From Octopus sinensis (Eukaryota), in assembly GCF_006345805.1 (NCBI RefSeq), contig NC_043002.1, forward strand, positions 12,214,001-12,278,000: a stretch of DNA of 64,000 bases, in the 5' to 3' direction. Position numbers and translations under genes: made by a program. The notes below the pieces were generated by a model. That model saw only the letters and a list, made by a program, of their open reading frames with translations, ran no database searches and was not told the DNA's origin. Shown one piece after another: positions 12,141-25,307 of the stretch; the first letter of the stretch is position 1; each line of letters opens with the position of its first letter.

Positions 12141-12679
12141 GAAAATTTGAACCCATTATTAGTTATGTTGTTAAAGGAATGGGCTGGCCGAAACGTTAGC
12201 ACCCTGGGTAGAATTCTAACTGACATTTCGTCCGACTTTACGTCCCGAGTTCAAATTCCACCGTGACCGGCTTTGCAATTCACCCTTTCGGGGTCGACAA
12301 AAGAAATACCTGTTAAGCTCTAAGTTCGAGGTAGTTGACTTTCTCATCCTCTCAGAGTTGTTTTGCCTTGTGCCAAAAATTAGGAAAAATTTACAGTTTT
12401 TGTTTTTTAACCCTTGGTCAGCACTGAACGAGTAGCTTCATGATCAAAAGCAACACAACCGAAACTTTCTCATTTAGAACTTACGTTATCCTACGTGGCC
12501 TTCATTTTCTTTGATTTTGGTTTATTTTTTGGTCAGAATATTAGAGTGTGATGTGGAAATTTGTTTGCCACTCATAGAAAATCCAGTGAGCAGACAGAAG
12601 CTCACTCGTTTATTTATTTAACAGTCGACCGATCGTACTAACGATGCCTGGTTGCTGTAGTTAGAAAACAGAATGTGAA

Positions 12680-12800
12680 TGGTGATGATGATGATGATGA
12701 TGATGACGGCGACGACGACGACGAAGACGACAAAGATAATGACCATGTTGACTACGACGATGACGACGACGGTTACGATGATGATGATGATGATGATAAC

Positions 12801-12840
<40 letters not shown>

Positions 12841-12979
12841 GTGATGCCGACGATGATGATGGCGATGATGATGATGCCGACGACAATGATGACGATGATG
12901 ACGATGATGTTGATGAAGATGATGATTGATGATGATTGATGATGATGATGATGCTGACGACGATGATGATGATGATGAC

Positions 12980-13065
<86 letters not shown>

Positions 13066-13493
13066 GTGATGCCGACGATGATGATGGCGATGATGATGAT
13101 GCCGACGACAATGATGACGATGATGATGATGATGTTGATGAAGATGATGATGATGATGATGATGATGATTGTGATGCCGACGATGATGATGGCGATGATG
13201 ATGATGCCGACGACGATGATGACGATGATGATGATGATGTTGATGAAGATGATGATGATAACAAGGCCGAGTACTACGAAGGTAACAGCGATGGCGACGA
13301 CGACGAAAACGACAAGGATAATGTCCACGTTGACTACGACGATGACGACAACGGTTACGATGATAACGATGATGATAACGATGATGATGATGATAATGAT
13401 GATGACGACGACGATGATGATGATGATGATGATAATGACGATGATGATGGTGATGATATTGCTGACGATGATGATGATGATGATGATGCTGAC

Positions 13494-13529
<36 letters not shown>

Positions 13530-13740
13530 AAAGATGATGATGAAGATGAAGATGATGCTGATGACGACGACGACAATGATGATGATAACGACGACGAAGA
13601 CGATGATGATGCGGAGGAGGAGGGGATGATGATGAGGATGAGGATGAGGATGAGGATGAGCATCACATCGACGATGACGGTGAAGACGAAAACGACAACG
13701 ACGACGATAATTACGATGATGACGACCACTATGATGATAG
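12680..13740 (+). repeat. Compound (GAT)n/(GAC)n field with higher-order duplications
   Basis: A ~100-bp block starting gattgtgatgccgacg occurs three times (~12837, 13062, 13167). Confidence 0.95.
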
Positions 13741-14519
13741 AACAACAACCTCAAACAAATTCAGTGATTAAAAGTAAGATCGTTATACGTATTAAATGGA
13801 TTCTGCTTCAAGTGTGAATTCTTTTGTTGTGAATTATATACGAAATATATCGATCTTCACATCTAATTGTAAACTAAGTTTAATTCTAATTCTAATTCTT
13901 ATTCTATAAATTTCTAATTGTTTGAATCTTCTCCGTAATATATTTCAAATATTTGCATCGAGTACGTTACTTTTCTTCGGCCATTACTAATGTCTCTGAA
14001 ATGATATATCGAACGAGCCAGCTAACAATTGATGTATGAAAAACAGATATTATTTGATAGTCGAAACCAGAAGTCATTTCATGCTGATTTTCTTTATGCG
14101 GAACATTACCTCGTAGAAGACTTTTCTTCCCACTCCAAACCAAACACAATAACACCAACTTCTGAAGATTCATAATAACTGCGTCAATCTTATTTCATAA
14201 CCTCAAACGTAGTGATTGCAAAACACCTCCCGTGGGTTATGGGCACATTCTTCCATCTCAGACACGTTGATAATAGATATTACAGTTACTCAGAGTCGTC
14301 CCACTGGATATAGTAAATATATTCTTTTATTCCGTTATCTTGTGGGGGCTGGACAAAGATAACAAAAGGAAAAGCAAATTAAACATAAATGGAAACAAAT
14401 AGTTCACAGATAAAGGATAGCTTATTCCGAGCAAACTTAAACCTGGGAAATGATTTGAATACAAGTATGTGTCAGAACAGAGCGTAATCTTTCAAAAGGA
14501 CTAAATCCCGGCACACATC

Positions 14520-14595
14520 GACACATATACACACATACATCTATTCATATGTATACATACATACATATATACATATACACACACACAAACACACA

Positions 14596-14646
<51 letters not shown>

Positions 14647-14733
14647 TATACCCAGTCCAACCCTCCAAACATCCCACGCCCACTTAGCACTTATCATAAA
14701 TATATGTGTTAGTGGGAATATATACATTATACA

Positions 14734-14785
<52 letters not shown>

Positions 14786-15121
14786 TTCTCATATATGTAC
14801 GTATGTATGTTTGTGTGTATATATATATATATATATGTATGTATATACATCTCTATATATTCATGTATATATATATATATATCTTTATGAATGTATGCAA
14901 ATGTATCTGTACATTTACGAATGTATGTAGATGTAATTATATACACACACATACAAGCACACACACACACACACACATACACACACACATATATATATAT
15001 ATATATATCATACGTACATACGATATACAAATATATACATTATACGTACACGTAAATACATATATTTCTATTTGTGTATGAATATATATGTGCGCACGTG
15101 TGCAATATATATGTATATTAT

Positions 15122-15163
<42 letters not shown>

Positions 15164-15406
15164 TATATATTATAATATATATATATATATGTATGTATGT
15201 ATGTATGTATATATATACACACATATCTATATATAAATGCATGTGTTCATAGGTTCATAAAGATTTAGGAATATATGTTAGTTCGTGTATGATAATTATC
15301 ATAATACATTTATGAACATTAAGACACACTACTAAGATACTTATAAGATATGTACGTATACTGAAGATATATCTCATATACATATACAGCTTGATATATA
15401 CATACA

Positions 15407-15446
<40 letters not shown>

Positions 15447-15549
15447 ACATCTATATATTGTTAGATAGATAAATACACATATATGAGTGCATATGTGTAA
15501 ATATATATGTATATACACACACACATATATATATACATACATACATATA

Positions 15550-15592
<43 letters not shown>

Positions 15593-15686
15593 TTACATAT
15601 ATATATATACATATATTTGTGTGTTGCTTTGTTCATTCATACATATATATATGTGTATATTATATATATATATATAATATATATAT

Positions 15687-15766
<80 letters not shown>

Positions 15767-16483
15767 CTATGTACAATAAGAATAGTGATATTATGCCAAT
15801 ATTCACTGGACATTATATTTGAATAGACCAACTTAAGCAAACAAAAATACTAAAAATAAGGAGGGAAAAAAAGGAAAGAAGAAATGAGAAGGAAAAACAA
15901 AGAAAAAGAAACGTATAAAAACAACAACAACAACGACAACAAAGTCGGAACGAAGGACGGAAACGGAGGAAAAAGAAAGAAAAATATAGAGAAATAAACT
16001 AAGTCAATAATAAATACAATAAAGATAACGACGGCTTGGTGTCGGAGCGTAAAGATTATTGAAAGCTATGATTGTGGAAAGAAAGATGGCGATAGGAGGC
16101 GGGAAAATGAAACAATGGGCTTGGCTAGGCGGGAAGAGAGAAATAGACAAAACATACATAGATATAAGCAATGATATTTACGAACGCCACTTGGACAACA
16201 ACACAAGTTGTTTGATGGATAGATTCACGTTACAACATTAGTTGAGGATTAACAGAATGGTCTGTATCGTGTATGCAGAGTACTTTTGTATTACGTACAT
16301 ACATACATACATACATACATATGTAATTATATATATATATGTATATATATATATACATATATATATATATACACACATACATATATATATATACATACAT
16401 ACATATATATGTATACATATAAATATATATATATATATATATATATCCATACACACCCATGGACACACATAGAAAGATAGAGT

Positions 16484-16527
<44 letters not shown>

Positions 16528-16659
16528 CATATTGCTGATATATATATGCACATATATACCATATACTATATATGTAATATATATATTAATATATATATAT
16601 GTGCATATATATATATCAGCACACTACACACACACACATGCATATGTGTGTGTTGTGTG

Positions 16660-16700
<41 letters not shown>

Positions 16701-17113
16701 TATAATATTGTATGTATATATACATTTAATCTACAAAGACATAGATAAAGTAATGTATATATATCACTATCAGAGTGTATGTGTGTGTGCGCGTGGATAC
16801 TGGTCATTTCTACGTATCTTAGTGGTTAAATGTTAGCGAGTGTACATATGTATTTATATATATATTATATATATTATATATATATATAATATATATATAA
16901 TGTAGTATATATATATATATATATATGTTATATATATATATATATAGTAGTATGTATGTATTGTATTTTGCGAATTGAAATTAATATATTTGTATGTGTG
17001 AATGTATATATCTTGAAATACAAACGGATAAACACACATTCGTACATATACATATACACATATCTATATATGTAAATATATATGTACGTAGGCATATATA
17101 CATATATGCCTGA

Positions 17114-17146
<33 letters not shown>

Positions 17147-17400
17147 TACATACACACGCACACAAACAGATATATACAAATATACACAAACGTATATGTG
17201 TGTGCGTACGTGTGTGTGTTCGTATTTCTACAAAGTGATGTGTATAGGAGTGTTCGTTTCAGAGTATATGTTCGTCTTATCTGTGTATATATGAGCATGC
17301 GTTACAGTGTGTGTAACCAAGTGCGCGTTCGTGCGTGCGTGCGTGTGTGTAACTGTACGTGTGTGTGCGTGTGCTTGCGTGCTAATATGTGTACGAGCGT
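14520..17400. repeat. Extended (TA)n/(TG)n/(TACA)n compound microsatellite field
   Basis: Direct reading; short unique islands interspersed. Confidence 0.9.
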
Positions 17401-17831
17401 GTGTATGTGTTTGAAATCGTTGCGAATCACTATCAACAATCTGAAATGCTAATTTTTGCTTCGTAATCTGTGAATATGGCGGAGGTTAACTGTTGATTCG
17501 TTTTGCAAATCTATTTCCAGTATATCTCTTGTTTGTCGCTCTTTAAGCCCTCTTTGGCGTACTTTGCCGTACTTTGGTCGCCAGCACCGCAGCATCTCGT
17601 CTTTCTATCTCCAACACCATCTTTCCTTCCCTCCACCCTCATCTATCTCGTATTATACTTCCATTCCTCTTGCTATCGCTACGCTACCCTCCTTTCCTCT
17701 CTCTCACATATACGCATGGATATACATACATACATACATACATACATACATACATACATACATACACATATATACATCATACACATATATACATATATAC
17801 ATATATATTTATATATATATATATATATTAT

Positions 17832-17866
<35 letters not shown>

Positions 17867-18289
17867 TTAATATGTATATATATATATATGTTGTCTGTGT
17901 GTATATATATATATATATATATATGTGTGTCTGTATATATATATATGTATGTATATATGTATGCATATATGTATATATATATATAATATATATATATATA
18001 CAACACACACACAAATATATATATATAATATTCCTTCTTGCCGCACGCGCATCCTCAGCTCCTTGGTTTCTCCTTCTTCTTCTTCTCTTCTCTTCTTCTT
18101 CTTCTTCTTCTTCTTCCTCCCCCCAGTTCACTACCTCCCCCTGCTCCTCTTCGTCCTTCTTACTGCTCTTTACTCGTTATTACAGATATCAACGACTTAT
18201 CGCTTATGTTACACGTTAAATGCACAACACGCGAAGCGCCCTCCACACAGACACAAAGACACACAGACACACACACACACCACACACAC

Positions 18290-18322
<33 letters not shown>

Positions 18323-18663
18323 TTTCTTCGTATACACAGATTCACGCTCTCAATAAACCCACTCATAGAACAAGGAATTCCCGATTATCTTCATACCAAT
18401 TCACTGGAATTGTTTGGTGTTAGTGGACACTGGATAGTGGTATCCAGTGCTGCAGCGGGGGTAGTGGTGGGGGCGATGGTAGTATAGGTATTGATGATAG
18501 TAGTGGTGGTAGTGCTAGTGGTAGTGATGGCGGTGGTGGTGCTGCTGGTTGTCTTGATGGTAATGATTGTAGTATTGGTGATAGTACTGGTGATGGTGGT
18601 GGAGTTGGTAGTAGCAGTGGCGTCGTTGTTATTGTGGTGGTGGTAGTGGTGATGGTATTTTTT

Positions 18664-18894
18664 GGCGGCGAGCTGGCAGAAACGTTGGCACGCCGGGCGA
18701 AATGCTTAGCAGTATTTCGTCTGCCGCTACGTTCTGAGTTCAAATTCCGCCGAGGTCGACTTTGCCTTTCATTCTTTCGGGGTCGATAAATTAAGTACCA
18801 GTTACGCACTGGGGTCGATGTAATCGACTTAATCCGTTTGTCTGTCCTTGTTTGTCCTCTCTGTGTTTAGCCCCTTGTGGCTAGTAAAGAAATA
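18664..18894 (+). mobile_element. SINE family B (tail type B2) with 9-bp TSD GGTATTTTT
   Basis: Head ggcggcgagctggcagaaacg.., B box gagttcaaattcc, tail ..gtaaagaaata. TSD at 18654-18662 and 18895-18903. Confidence 0.9.
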
Positions 18895-19199
18895 GGTATT
18901 TTTGTTGGTGCTGACGATGGTCGTAGTAGTCGTGGTGGTGGTGGTGGTGGTGGCGGTGGTGGTGATGCTGGTAGTGGCGCTGACGATGGTAGGGATGGTC
19001 GCGTTGGTGGAGATGGTTGTGGTAGTAGTGATACAGTGTTGCAGATGCTGTGGGGGGGGGGCATGATGATGGTCGTAACGACGGTGCGGGTGTTCTAATA
19101 GTGGTGGTGGTGGTGGTGGCTGTACGTGTGTAGCTATGGTGGTGGTGTGTTATTGTACAGTGTATGTCATAGTGTGGTAATACTGTTGTAATCTTGTGC

Positions 19200-19335
19200 A
19201 AGTGTTGTTGTTTAGCCACTGGTCAGTCCTGATCGAGTAATTCAATTCAATAGCCAAAAACATTCTAGCCATGACCATCCCGTATTTTTTCTATGCACAT
19301 AGAAAGAAGACATGTCCAACCCACTGTATCCTTTA
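19200..19335 (-). repeat. Unclassified short interspersed repeat with (CAA)n tail; related pieces at ~12405-12480 (-) and 45325-45485 (+)
   Basis: Shared ggatggtcatggct.ga and gacc..ggctaaacaacaac motifs. Confidence 0.5.
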
Positions 19336-19829
19336 TATCACGGTTACTACGAATCTGAGGAAGATTCAATAGCTCTTTCTAGCAGACCAAGCGACCATGT
19401 CGATGCTCCCTCGTAGGCTTGCGAATAGGAACAAGATAGTACAGGTACGTGATCAGTGGTAGCTGGTTGTATGGTAGAATAAGTGACTAATAGTATGGTG
19501 TGGAGGTTTTGGTGTGGTGGTGGTGTCGGGTGTAGAGATTGATGGGGTGTTTGTGTGGCAGTAGTTTGAGGTTTGATCATGGGGTCGTGACCGGGGTTAC
19601 GTGTCATAGTCTATGGTGGTAGCAAGTGGAGGATTGTAGAAGTTAGTGTTGTAGTAGAGCGGTTGTGTGTGAATCGGATGCGTTAGTGGTATGGTGCTGT
19701 GGCATCGGTGTGTTGTGATAGCGGCGAGGTTACGGAGCGAAATAAAGAAAAAAATTATATGGGTGTTGGTCAAATGTTCAGGTTGTCTTAGTTGATTTGT
19801 AGCGTTATAATGACTACTAATGTGGCATG

Positions 19830-20455
19830 TTAGCAGAATTGAAAGCAAGCCGGACAACATGCTTAGAAGCATTTTGTCCGAGTTCAAATTCCGCTGACGT
19901 CTTTGAATTCATCCTTTTCTCGTTTCGGGTACGATAAAAAAAAGTACCGGTTGAGCCCTAGAGTCGATGTAATCTATTTAGTTTTCCACCTAAAATCGCT
20001 GGCCTTGTGCTAAAATATGAAACCATTGTCATAGTGACTTCAGCGGTGAGCTTGCTGAAACACTCGTCGGCTTAGCAACATTTCATCTGACACTTTACGT
20101 TCAGAGTTCAACTTTTCCTTTTATTTCTTCGGGGTCAATAAAAGGAAGAATAAGTCAACAATAGGTGTCAATGATATCGATTTGGCTCCACCTTTCCAAA
20201 AATTACTGGTGTTGTTCCAAAATCTGAAATCGTTTAAGGCAGGGAGCTGTCAAGATGGCTACCGCGACGGAAAAAAAGTAATTTGCGGTATTGCTCAATG
20301 TTCTTAGCTTTCTGGGTTTAAATTCAGTTGCAGTCAATTTTGCCTTTCATCATTTCGGGATACAGATACCAGTCGAGTATTCGGGGTCGATAAAATCAAC
20401 TAACCCTCTCTTCAAAATGGCTAATATTGGTTTCAGGTTTTGGCCAAAGACCAGC
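19830..20455 (+). mobile_element. Cluster of three diverged SINE B (B1 tail) copies
   Basis: Repeated gagttcaa.., tttcatc.tttcggg and ggccttgtgc..aaa..tgaaa motifs. Confidence 0.7.
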
Positions 20456-20503
20456 AATATTTTTATTATTATTATTATTATATTATTATTATTATTATTA
20501 TTA

Positions 20504-20534
<31 letters not shown>

Positions 20535-20540
<6 letters not shown>

Positions 20541-21133
20541 TAGTTTTATTTTTTAAATTGTGCTTTCACTTCACTACCGAGAGCAGCTCTGTGTGCCTTG
20601 GGTAAGTGCTGTGATTTGTTGTGATGCTCTGGTTGTTATTGTATGGAAAGTATTCTGCGTAGGATGTGTGCAGTGCCTAGTAGTGCAATTTTCTGTATGT
20701 TATATGTGTTTGTAAGTCCTGGTGTTTTTGTTATGTATTTGTCTGAATATTTTTTTATCATGCCTAATGCACCTATTATGATAGGAATTGTTTCTGTTTT
20801 TAGATTCCACATTCTGGTTACCTCTATATCCAGGTCTTTGTATTTTGAAAGTTACTCCATTTCTTTTAGAGACACGTTGTCATCCGCTGGTATTGATACA
20901 TCAATTAGAAAACATCTTTTTCTTCATGATCTCTGACAACTATATCTGGTCTGTTGGCCTTAATTTCTCTATCTGTGTGTATTGGCATATCCCAGAGTAT
21001 GGTTGCTTTCTCGTTTTCTGTGACCTTTTCTGGTGTGTGCCTATACCATCTTTTTTCTGTTGTTATTCCATAATATTGGCATAGTTTCCAGTGTATATAC
21101 GTCCCAACTCTGTCGTGTCTGTGAATATATTCC

Positions 21134-21135
<2 letters not shown>
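20535..21135 (-). mobile_element. R4/Dong-clade retrotransposon, subfamily 1, 5'-truncated (RLE domain plus 3'UTR)
   Basis: Reverse complement encodes HRHDRVG..HWK..WYRH.PEKV..LWDMPIHTDREIKANRPDIVV..LSKYKDL..IPIIIGALG. Homologous to 31634-32040 and 36716-37385. (ATT)n on both sides. Confidence 0.85.
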
Positions 21136-21169
<34 letters not shown>

Positions 21170-21171
<2 letters not shown>

Positions 21172-21532
21172 TTTTTTTTTTCTTCTTTCAAATTTGCTTC
21201 CATTTCTTGCCGAGTGTCTTCCCGACTCCTAGGGCAAAAAAACTCATAGTATACATTGGTAGGCCATTAAACCAAACTCAGTAGTTCGTTCATTTTTTTT
21301 TTTTTTTTTTAAGTTAAATTAAAATACATGAGCAGCAACAGTTCTCACATCGACAATGCTCTTCTCAATACGTGTGATGTACCAGTTAAGACAATCTTTT
21401 GCACTTCTTGCAGGGATGGTAAGCCAGGGATCATTCTCATATAATTTTCGGTTCCCTTCTTGATCATTCCTAGTGCTCCTACGATCACTGGTATTGTAAC
21501 CGCCTTGAGATGCCACATTTTCTCAATTTCAA
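21170..21532 (-). mobile_element. R4/Dong-clade retrotransposon, subfamily 2, 3' end
   Basis: IEIEKMWHLKAVTIPVIVGALGMIKKGTENYMRMIPGLPSLQEVQKIVLTGTSHVLRRALSM* plus 3'UTR. Homologous to 32200-32520. Confidence 0.85.
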
Positions 21533-21604
<72 letters not shown>

Positions 21605-21613
21605 TATTATTAT

Positions 21614-22150
21614 TGAGTGAGCGAGCAGTGCATGCCATCAAAGTGACACTGGGTTTAAATATACGAAGCCTAGTATACCCATCATGACAACCCGTCTGAT
21701 AAGGGTACACTAGGCACATGCATCACAACCAGATGTGCGCAACATGGTGATCTCATACCAAGATAAACAGCGCATGACCTTGCGGGTGGGGACCAGTTAG
21801 AATTTTCTTCTGGTCGGGTAACCCATTCCACTCAAAAGGTCTCTGAATAAGGGTTGTTTAAGGATGTTGAACGAAACACCCATGTTTCCAGAGGGGAATT
21901 ATTCAAACCCCAGAAGAATCCCTCTCAACACATGGCTATGATGCTCCCCCACTACTTCTGCTCGTGATCAGAGATGCACATATCGTCAACCAATAGGAGA
22001 CATGCTTAACTGGTTAAGGTCAAACAACCTAGAAGCAAATTTGCTGTAGCCCATCTTTTATACCAAGACAAAACAATGTACATGATAACACTTCCAATCA
22101 GTTAAGATCAGCAGCCATAAGAGCCACTACCTGCTACTGCATCAGGGCAT
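21614..22150 (-). mobile_element. Element E: ~540-bp non-coding interspersed repeat embedded in (TAA)n
   Basis: Reverse complement of 36108-36652 over its whole length. No coding capacity or clear B box seen. (ATT)n flanks. Confidence 0.75.
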
Positions 22151-22174
22151 TTATTATTATTAATATTATTATTA

Positions 22175-22253
<79 letters not shown>

Positions 22254-22274
22254 CATCATCATCATTAAGTCGAG

Positions 22275-23510
22275 TTAAAGCGGCGAGCTAGCAGAATCTT
22301 TAGCAAACCGGGCGAAATGCTTAGCGGTATTTCGTCTGTCTACGTTCAGAGTTTAAATTCAGCCGAGGTCGACTTTGCCTTTCATGATTTCGAGGCCGAT
22401 CAATTAAGTACCAGTTGCATACTGAGGTCGATCTAATAGTCTGGCTCCCTTCCCCAAAATTTCGGGCATTGTGCCTGGAGTAGAAAAGAATATTATCATT
22501 ATTCAGCCGAGTTAAGGCGGCAAGCTGCCAGATTCGTTAGTACGCTGGGCGAAATGCTTATCAGTATTTCGTCTGTCTTTATGTTCTGAGTCTAATTTAC
22601 CTTTCATCCTTTCGGGGACGATAAATTGAGTATCAGTTGAGTACAGGAGTCGATATAATCGATATCTCTTTCCCCAAATTTCAGGCCTTGTGCCTATAGT
22701 AGAAAGGATTATTATTAGAGTGAGTTAAGGCGGTGAGCTCAGTGGCATTTCATCCGCCTTTATGTTCTGAGTCCAAATGCAGCTGAGGTCAGTTTTGCCT
22801 TACATCCTTTCCGACTTGATAGAATAAATTCCAGTTGAGCACTCTCACTAACATTTCAAGCCTTGTGCCTATAATAGAAAAAAAATTATTAAGGCGATGT
22901 TGCAGCGAACTAGTAGAGTTGTTGGCGTGCTAGGCAAAACGCTTAGTGGCATTTCGTCCGTCTTCATGTTCTGAATTCAAATCCTGCCGAGTTCGATTTT
23001 CCCTTTTATCCTTTCGGGGGTTGATAAATTTTGTACCAGTTAAACTCTGGGGTCGATGTAATCGACTAGTCCCACCTCGCAAAATTTCAGGCTTTGTGCT
23101 TTTAGTAGAAAAGATTGTTATTTTTATTAAGGCAAATTAAGGTGGCGAAATGGCAGTGTCGTTGGCTCGGCGGATAAAATGCTTAGCAGTATTTTATCTG
23201 GTTTTACTTCCTGAGTTCAAATTCCGCCGAGGTCAACTTTGCCTTTCAACTTTTCGAGGTCGAATAAGTACTAGTTACGCACTGGAGTCGATATAATCGA
23301 CTTAATCCGTTTGTCTGGCAAAATCGTTAGCACGCTGGGCAAAATGCTTAGCGGTCTTTACGTTCTGAGTTCAAATTCCGCCGAGGTCGACTTTGCTTTT
23401 CATGCTTTCGGGGCCGGTAAATTAAGTACCAGTTGCGTACTGGGGTAGATATAATCGACTGGCCCCCTCCCCCAAAATTTCAGGTCGTGTGCATATAATA
23501 GAAAATATTA
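22275..23510 (+). mobile_element. Head-to-tail array of ~6 SINE B copies
   Basis: Heads at ~22279, 22515, 22728, 22892, 23140 and 23316, separated by short (ATT)n tails. Further decayed copies to ~24005. Confidence 0.85.
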
Positions 23511-24149
23511 ACCTTAGTTTTCCTTCTTTCTGTCGGGGCAGAGAACAATACCACTTAATTACTAGGTTCAATGTAATCGAATAACTCCTTCTTTAACACT
23601 TCTAACTTGATAGCAAAGTTTTAAATCATTCCAGGCGTTCTGAGTTCAAATTCTGACGAGGGGATCTTTATTTTTCATCTCTCCAGAATCGAAAACAAAT
23701 TTATAAGAGTGACTAACTTACAGGTATACGATATTTCCTCTTACGTTCTTTGATTTACTTGTTTTGAGATTCATAGTTCCGAAGTCATTAACCTAAGCAC
23801 CAGGCATACACACGGGTTGTGACGAAAAAATGTATATCGGTATGTTTTCCGATTCTTTACGTTCTCAGTTTAAATCCCATCGAAAACAAATTTACCGATC
23901 ATCTTTTCGGGTTTGATAATACGAAGTACCATTCAATACTGGGATCGATGTAATCGATTGGCTCGCTCCCTTCAAAATTGCTGGCCTTGTGCAAAATTAC
24001 AAAGAGTCATTATAGGGACCACTTAGTCTTGAGGTCGTAATAGTTGTGGTTGTTGATGTTGTTAAACTGCAGGACGATCCAGATTGAGTGTACAGATTTA
24101 AAATCAAATTTGTCCAAGCCATGGTTCTTCCAGTTATTTCTTACTTCTT

Positions 24150-24410
24150 TACTGCCCACGAGGGGCTACACACAGAGAGGACAAACAAGGTCAGACAAAC
24201 AAGGTCAGACAAACAGATTAAGTCGATTACATTGACCCCCAGTGCGTAACTGGTACTTATTTAATCGACCCCGAATGGATGAAAGGAAAAGTCGACCTCG
24301 GCGGAACTTGAACTCAGAACGTAGCGGCAGACGAAAAACACAGTGGGACTGAACCCGGAACCATGTGGTTGGTAAGCAAGCTACTTACCACGCAGCCACT
24401 CCTACGCCTA
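24150..24410 (-). mobile_element. Chimeric SINE: family A head plus family B2 body/tail
   Basis: Minus strand: A head (ggcgtaggagtggctgcgtgg..gggttcagtcccactg) fused at ~24338 to tttcgtctgccgctacg of B. Confidence 0.8.
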
Positions 24411-24683
24411 CATGTTAAGTTCTGTTGAGCATTAGAGAAAGGAACCTGTCTGTCCCTTGTAATAAATATATCTGAAGTAAAATTTACTCATGGACCCCTA
24501 AAAATACTACTGTGGATCTCCAATCTACTATTTTGTTTTAGTGAACCCTCAAAATTCTTACATAGACTTCGGTTGAAAACTACCAGTTTAGACAGAAGAA
24601 GGACTCGTGAACATTTTCAACGCATCCGGCGCAGCGGGGAAAAAGGGAGCAAGATATTGTCTGCACGAAAACCTGGTTCAGAT

Positions 24684-25117
24684 TCTTTTACTCTTTTACT
24701 TGTCTCAGTCATTTGACTGCGGCCATGCTGGAGCACCGCCTTTAGTCGAGCAAATCGACCCCCAGGACTTATTCTTTGTAAGCCCAGTACTTATACTATC
24801 GGTCGCTTTTGCCGAACCGCTACGTTACGGGGTCGTAAACACACCACCATCGGTTGTCAAGTGATGTTGGGGGGACAAACACAGCTACACAAACATAAAC
24901 ACACACACACACACATACACGCATATATATATTATATATATAATATATATATATTATATATATTATATATATATATATATATACACGCACATATATACGA
25001 CAGGCTTTGGTCGGCCCGAGGCTATAGTAGAAGATACCTGACCAAGGCGCCACGCAGTGGGACTGAACCGGGAGCTATGTGGTTGGTAAGCAAGCTACTT
25101 TACCACACAGCTACTCA
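24684..25117 (-). mobile_element. SINE family A
   Basis: Full head-body-tail with internal (CA)/(TA)n. Confidence 0.85.
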
Positions 25118-25263
25118 CAAAAGAGTAGATTCCGCTTAGGCCCCCAAAGGCAGATACTGATTTAAAAAATAGAAGATTGACTGAATTTACTACCCATGTT
25201 GATGACACTGCTTTTACCAAATCTCTCTACGGTGAGAAGCTCAAAAGGGACTGACATCCACTT

Positions 25264-25307
25264 GTAGATTTTTGCCTAGTAGATTTTTGCCTAGTAGATT
25301 TTTGCCT
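25264..25307 (+). repeat. 15-bp tandem repeat (gtagatttttgccta) x 3
   Basis: Direct reading. Confidence 0.9.

Noticed and set aside
22085-22115. Slight resemblance of element E to U2 snRNA (Utopia-type target)
   Set aside because: Short, gapped AT-rich match consistent with chance.
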